IMG/VR virus record: IMGVR_UViG_3300042907_001080
Span: 62,001 to 126,000 of that record
Direction: 5' to 3' (one strand)
Length of the DNA stretch: 64,000 nt
How positions within the stretch are numbered: position 1 is the stretch's first letter; every line of letters begins with the position of its first letter. The notes below the pieces were generated by a model. It ran no database searches. It worked only from the letters and a program-made list of their open reading frames with translations, and was not told the origin of the DNA. The translations under genes and the position numbers were made by a program. Shown piece by piece: positions 61,401 through 64,000 of this stretch.

Positions 61401-64000
61401 CATTGATAGAATCTAACAAATTCCTCACATATAATTTTAAAACAATCATGCAGTCTGATACAGCGTTGTTGAATCTACAAATTAGCAACAGCTTAGAATC
61501 TCAAAGACCAATTCACAACGAATATCAACTACTTACAGAAGGCGTGGCTGATAATTTACCATCTTTAAAATTAGAAAACAAATGGATTGACAGTCTTATT
61601 GGTTCAGATATAGCAGGAAATAAAATTCCTGATATCGATCTTCCAGCTAAACAAAAATATGGTATACAATATAGACCTCGACAGACTATGTTTGTTGATA
61701 GGTTGCTGGCATTGCAAATCGTTATAGAATATATCAATGATATATTATTAAATGAAACTTTTGCAGAAACCATAGAATATACTAATTTAAATAAAGTTGA
61801 TACAGCTCCTAGTGATAAGTTGAATCTTTATGACATTGCAGTAGACACTGAAATAGAGTTACAGACAGTAGGAACAACTAATACCAAACGTGCTGTATTG
61901 CGTGGTAATTTGATCAACGGTGAATTAGACACAATAGATATAATAGATCCGGGATACGGATATAAGCCTAAAGAATTATTTGATCAAGAACAGCCCGGAA
62001 TCTATATTGGCCCTCCGGTGATTATTACCGGAGATGGTTTGAATGCCACAGCAGTGTGTCACATTGACGGTCAAGGCAGAGTAATAGCTGTGGTGGTCAC
62101 CAATCGCGGTAAAAATTACGGTGTCATCAAAGTTGATGTTAGATATTTTTCTGTTTTAGTAAACAATGATGCAACTTTAAATAATTTCTGGAGTATATAT
62201 TCTTGGGACGATCTACGTAAGACGTATTTCCGTAGTAGGTCACAGGCTTACGACACCACCAAGTATTGGAATAAAGTGGATTGGTTTAGATCCGGATATA
62301 ATGATACTCAACGTGTTGTTAAAGAGTATTCTAACATTTATGAAGTTGTAGATAGCCTTGTGACGATTGGTGACATAATCAAAGTCAAAGAATATGCTGC
62401 CGGCGGCTGGGCGAAATTCCAAAAAACTCAAGAAATAGGTCAAACGTTTTTAGACAAGTATCTATTGGTCGGTAGACAAAACGGTACAATACAATTTGAT
62501 TCTATACTATATAACACCAGTGCAGTTGGAGTAGGATTCGATAATACACAGGCGTTTGATACCACAACCTATGACATTGAAAATTCACAAGAACTTAGAA
62601 ATATTTTTGCAGCAGTAAAAGAAAATATTTTTGTAGGTGATTACGCAGTAGAATGGAACAAATTATTTTTTGCTTCAATAAGACATGTATTCAGCGAACA
62701 ACAGTATGTAGATTGGGTGTTTAAAACCAGTTTCCTAAATGCCACGCATAACATTGGCACATTAGCAAGCCCACCGAATTACAAAAATGATAATTTATCA
62801 AGTTATCAAGATTACATCAACGAAGTTAAACCATTTAGAACCACAGTTAGAGAGTATATCAGCCGTTATGATCAACCAGAATCATACGCATCGGCAGCGA
62901 TCGATTTTGATTTGCCACCGTCGTATTCAATCTTTGACGGTCGTGCCAATCCTGTTAATGCATCATCACTAGAAATATCACAGTATCCATGGAAATGGTG
63001 GGCAGATAATAAAGGCTATGCAGTCACCGCTATAGAGGTATATCAGCAGGGCACAGAATATTTAACTCCGCCTAGAGTTTTGATAGAAGGAGACGGCACC
63101 GGCGCTACTGCTAGAGCATTTATCTCGAATGGTAAAGTGGCAGGCATACAAATGTTAACTCAAGGTTCAGGATATATCAAAGCTCCGACAGTGACATTGG
63201 TAGGAGGAAATTCATCTACTGCTGTACAGGCCAAAGCCACTGCAATCATAGGAAATTCTCAAGTTCGTATGTTTGATGTTGCTTTGAAATTTGATAGACT
63301 TTCAGCTAACGGCATCTATGAAAATTTTTCGCAGACACAGACATTTATTGCCGGTGGCAGCAGTGCTGTATTCTTTTTAAATTATGCACCGACTAATGAT
63401 AAAACTCGAATCAAGGTAACTAGAAAAATATTTGCCACGCAAAAAACACAAGTTGTGTTAGCTAGTGACTATCAGGTATCTCTGTATTATCAAGCCACCG
63501 GTGGTTATAATTTGCTTCGTGGAAAACTGATATTTAATACTGCTCCGACTATAAATGATGAAATTATAGTGACTTATGACAAGAACATTTTGTTATTGGA
63601 TGCTGTAAATAGAATAGAAAAGTCCTATAACCCAAAAACAGGAATGGCAGGCAAAGAAATAAATCAACTCATGACTGGTATTGATTTTGGCGGAGTGAGA
63701 ATACAAGGCACGACATTTGATGTCACCGGTGGTTGGGATGCCTTGCCTTGGTTCACCGACAGTTGGGATTCAGTAGAGATCAGCTCAGATTATTATCACG
63801 TAGCGGACGGAAGCACCGGATCAGTGACGTTACCATATATACCAGCAGCTGGACAGCAAATCAACATATATATCAAACGTAAAAACACAAACATCACTGT
63901 GCGTATAGATGATGAAAATTACTCATCGGCACAAGATTCAAGCACAGGTGTTAATCCTGCAGCAGAAATGCCAACGTTTGTAGGTGATGGCGTAAATGCT
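52475..64000 (+). CDS. giant baseplate/virion protein (gp7-position), at least 3842 aa, 3'-partial
   Basis: TAATG overlap with the gp6 stop and SD GGAGG; begins MADNTFPKSELPIRRSVELLPTIFQT; same frame still open at the window end (...AEMPTFVGDGVNA); FG-GAP-like and W-rich repeats. Confidence 0.85.
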   Translation, partial: MADNTFPKSELPIRRSVELLPTIFQTPANDKFLSAVVDPLIQPGVLDKVVGYVGRRYDKTYNGNDVYVDTDATLRSSYQLEPGVIFKNHDKIENFYDYIDVKNQLKFFGNSIERDDKLTDQTHYTWNPPIDWDKFINYREYYWEPLGPRSINITGQSADIVSTYKVVLGTTRNSFVFSPDSYTNNPTLTLFRGQTYKFKINAPDEGFNLRTNFDSGSLLFRPNQPYRAGSFAVYDSKLWRAIRDVSVLDASSIAIDSQDWQFVESANQGAALAYDKGVTNNGIENGTLTFTVPYDAPDVLYYQSNITPDAFGRFVISDIEENTAINVELEILGKTTYTSGNAVEFSNGMIVEFDGKVTPSKYAKDLWLVEGVGTAITLTRFTDLVVPELSANVPEILFDNEGFDTQPFDDATEYAAFKDYITIARNSLDNNPWSRYNRWFHRSVLEKAYKLRGQDFPATETSRAKRPIIEFLPNLQLINHGTTAKMSVDYIDTNTADVFSTIEGSTGYSVDGEFLFNGARILVIADTDRLANNKIYTVQFITHTNSKQIHLQETEDTESILGQGVVVTRGNKNKGLMYHFNGSNWVASQRKTTVNQPPLFDVFDSDGISFGDTTTYSDTEFLGSHLLSYKPGNGRIDSELGFRLSYLNIDNIGDIEFNWNWETQTFRYSVDRKPVTQKISTGFYKLGSDVFANGWQKLNNTYIQPIIDNLIVDTATDTLTFNTVKWDNLTVDPDINFYLNGNRYLGNWTRSRNVFVFDKTFAAKDAVVIKIIADIEPDQGYYEMPIGIEKNPLNTAIQSFTLGQATNHIASAIEWDNEFIGILPGVSNLRDLQDYRYHASRFLKHSGNTPLAVMALCDKTHNIVKAIQYAEKEYTIFKNNFLQRSVEIDYNDTVNDFVDDIINSLTSVKTAQDAFADSDMIGAGAFTALTTVVEDTGIRTFSLSQPFDLTKPSSRAVYVYKNDTQLLHGVDYVFDVTFSFVKLLVTLELLDIIEIREYLSTSTNHIPPTPTSMGLYKKYTPSKFLDDTYQEPRYVIQGHDGSITAAYGDYRDDLLLELELRIYNNIKQEYDSAVFDIDQILAGYYGVGEYTKTQLDSVIVQDFLKWIQNTNINYTVNEYFDSENSFTYTYSNMSDPTKTKNIPGWWRGVYQHFYDTDRPHRCPWEMLGFSQQPDWWEAEYGAAPYTSNNLILWEDLEAGIIRQGVRAGRYDRYKRPGLSSHVPVDGDGKLLSPLDSNLAKDFSLINNRGPFVLGDVSPVEHAWRSSSEWPYAVITAMCVMKPFEYIPDNFDRSKFTKNKLDQYINSDTGLFVTISDVARHVSEANNIGLVRYLTSYIKSQGLPVDSLQKKIEKLDVALSFRMSGFVDQQQQKYLLDSKNPSAKSKSIFIPPENYDIIFNVSSPVTTVSYSGVRLEKTGGGWIVAGYDDIHPYFNYHQPQASSKDPVISVGGLSEPFTDWVEEKNYNNGVLVRYQSNFYRALKTHRSTDEFDRNQWQKLRDVPKLGAVEALRRRVFNTITVRQMSYGTLLTSIQQVVDLLLGYDSYLKTQGIVFNNYDPQNATSQDWLSAAKEFMFWTKHNWEPGAIIALSPSAQKLEINVPVGTPDNLLDGFYDYQILKGDGTVLAPRFINVNRSFQNFKLETTNTTDGIYYARLHYVIKEHVTVFDDRTVFNDIIYDKTTGYRQGRIKMQAFRTVDWDGDYTSPGFLFDNVDIQVWQPFKDYKLGDIVSYKSYSWTSLVNQLGSENFNDATWTKLDSTPVKQLVSNFDYKINQFSDYFETTSQGINQSQRELARHAIGYQQRDYLQNLAEDSVSQFQLYQGFIREKGTANSITKIFDKLSRSSAGSVTLNEEWAFRLGQVGGTDQFTEVEIQLEKAKFKLNPQLHISNLSVNSQVVDSFYRITATDFTIAPVPYTADFLPTTTQTEPLFTAGYVSAGQYQHTIRTLDDLTTLAIDTVNENDHIWVTFYQDSWQVLRVNESSLLYVVAVARPDDTIVILTLNRPHVISVDDYIGIREIANLQGFFKISAVTNTTITITVNADIDDPEIDTSTTANLQLLTVARFFDYSNIDQQAAALLKNKSLVFVDNNKNDQWEVIEKNKTYSAKNIDSIGISNPLGLGTKVIYDNANKHTIVAIPQSGFVNVYVETDTGLSLKQIIAPPVGFFETALGSFGDKIAVSPDGKYLVIGAPTASGVTSRFRGAWAVDVFYAQDDIVVYGGRLYRALNANTAVVDGSSEIAVNSDDWIPHTTVIPAQTSASDFGYYQQGMVAIYEFVGGRYVNVSAFVSPRPADNEKFGSEIAIGVNGSEYYLAVSAVGSYNNTGRVYLIKGTGTEWIHMENPLYKGIYNLSDSYKQGDIVWQAAQDPILETARGNLWQSLDGSTSDGSTITLDSQNWLKVSDISTHCSLPTNISVEDDGSTQEFTTTGLLTNTQKAELVKQGDQFGFSMAMSGDGNILVIGAPNSDGQYFANYRGLWRPDVEYVEGETVRFQGSPGTAYQYYQLGNTFDSTDSTYRSYNEDPSASVNWHQVGDSTTTPSGKIFVYKKTAYDSYEFVQMINAGTLSSFTDIDSGLVISTGDQFGFAMDLDANGNTLVVSSPRSDVNYQDQGAVYVLELDQSTTEFRVKQRLQSYEIYADEYFGFAVSVSPDSSKIAVGARNTKTPFSINFDLLEGTTFDNARTRFYIDQGFTGGVYVFDNKDQIFFLTEKLDSDLQTDESFGHSIDCIGSKILVGSPYYKNTSTKAYQGIARLFTASADASWTVLTSQRPLVDLRKIKKIELYDNVNNVKIQDIDFVDAARGKILNIAEQEIKYKTPYDPAVYSIGTAEVVVDSTINWLEKNVGKLWWNTSTAKFQYAEQKDSAYKTGNWNQQAVGSSIDVYEWVETVLLPNEWAALADTNAGLAQGVSGQPLYPNNDVYSVKFFFSPTTGLVSETLYYYWVRSKAVTPSNMPDRTKSAADVAGLIANPAGSNLAFVALIESNKFLTYNFKTIMQSDTALLNLQISNSLESQRPIHNEYQLLTEGVADNLPSLKLENKWIDSLIGSDIAGNKIPDIDLPAKQKYGIQYRPRQTMFVDRLLALQIVIEYINDILLNETFAETIEYTNLNKVDTAPSDKLNLYDIAVDTEIELQTVGTTNTKRAVLRGNLINGELDTIDIIDPGYGYKPKELFDQEQPGIYIGPPVIITGDGLNATAVCHIDGQGRVIAVVVTNRGKNYGVIKVDVRYFSVLVNNDATLNNFWSIYSWDDLRKTYFRSRSQAYDTTKYWNKVDWFRSGYNDTQRVVKEYSNIYEVVDSLVTIGDIIKVKEYAAGGWAKFQKTQEIGQTFLDKYLLVGRQNGTIQFDSILYNTSAVGVGFDNTQAFDTTTYDIENSQELRNIFAAVKENIFVGDYAVEWNKLFFASIRHVFSEQQYVDWVFKTSFLNATHNIGTLASPPNYKNDNLSSYQDYINEVKPFRTTVREYISRYDQPESYASAAIDFDLPPSYSIFDGRANPVNASSLEISQYPWKWWADNKGYAVTAIEVYQQGTEYLTPPRVLIEGDGTGATARAFISNGKVAGIQMLTQGSGYIKAPTVTLVGGNSSTAVQAKATAIIGNSQVRMFDVALKFDRLSANGIYENFSQTQTFIAGGSSAVFFLNYAPTNDKTRIKVTRKIFATQKTQVVLASDYQVSLYYQATGGYNLLRGKLIFNTAPTINDEIIVTYDKNILLLDAVNRIEKSYNPKTGMAGKEINQLMTGIDFGGVRIQGTTFDVTGGWDALPWFTDSWDSVEISSDYYHVADGSTGSVTLPYIPAAGQQINIYIKRKNTNITVRIDDENYSSAQDSSTGVNPAAEMPTFVGDGVNA

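Noticed and set aside
52610-62972. Region appearing as only scattered small ORFs (possible non-coding or recoded DNA)
   Set aside because: All lie within or opposite one long open plus-strand frame that has no stop inside the window.
1-64000. Stop-codon reassignment as in some large phages
   Set aside because: Core genes are full length in code 11, and TAA, TGA and TAG (e.g. 4017-4019) all end genes at sensible positions.
1-64000. CRISPR array, tRNA genes, inteins or introns in gp20/gp23/gp46/gp47
   Set aside because: No regularly spaced repeats or cloverleafs were seen by eye, and these proteins are of ordinary length without splice motifs.

Overview
This window is a 64-kb piece of a large T4-like myophage genome (Caudoviricetes), probably from an environmental or aquatic lineage. 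It uses the standard genetic code 11 and is about 40% GC by eye. From left to right it holds: (1) a cassette of four 2OG-Fe(II) oxygenase-like genes bracketed by two paralogous small genes; (2) about 21 kb of minus-strand fibre/virion genes, including two giant paralogues of 2614 and 1871 aa; (3) the head module (gp23, gp22, gp21, an acidic core protein, gp20); (4) a tape-measure-like gene divergent from a gp26-like gene; (5) a ~490-nt structured non-coding region behind a GIY-YIG endonuclease; (6) gp46, gp47 and gp55; (7) the baseplate operon (gp48/54-, gp53-, hub-, gp5-, gp25- and gp6-like), ending in an ORF of at least 3842 codons that runs off the window and is missing from the ORF track. 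The main finds are a complete -1 ribosomal frameshift signal (tandem slippery heptamers plus a three-stem pseudoknot) joining the gp26-like gene to the next ORF, a large unannotated structured RNA or origin-like element next to the GIY-YIG nuclease, and phycobiliprotein-like CxRD helical repeats inside the giant fibre protein. There are also structured 5' leaders and apparently widespread leaderless late transcription. All calls come from motif recognition and manual base-pairing; no database search was run.
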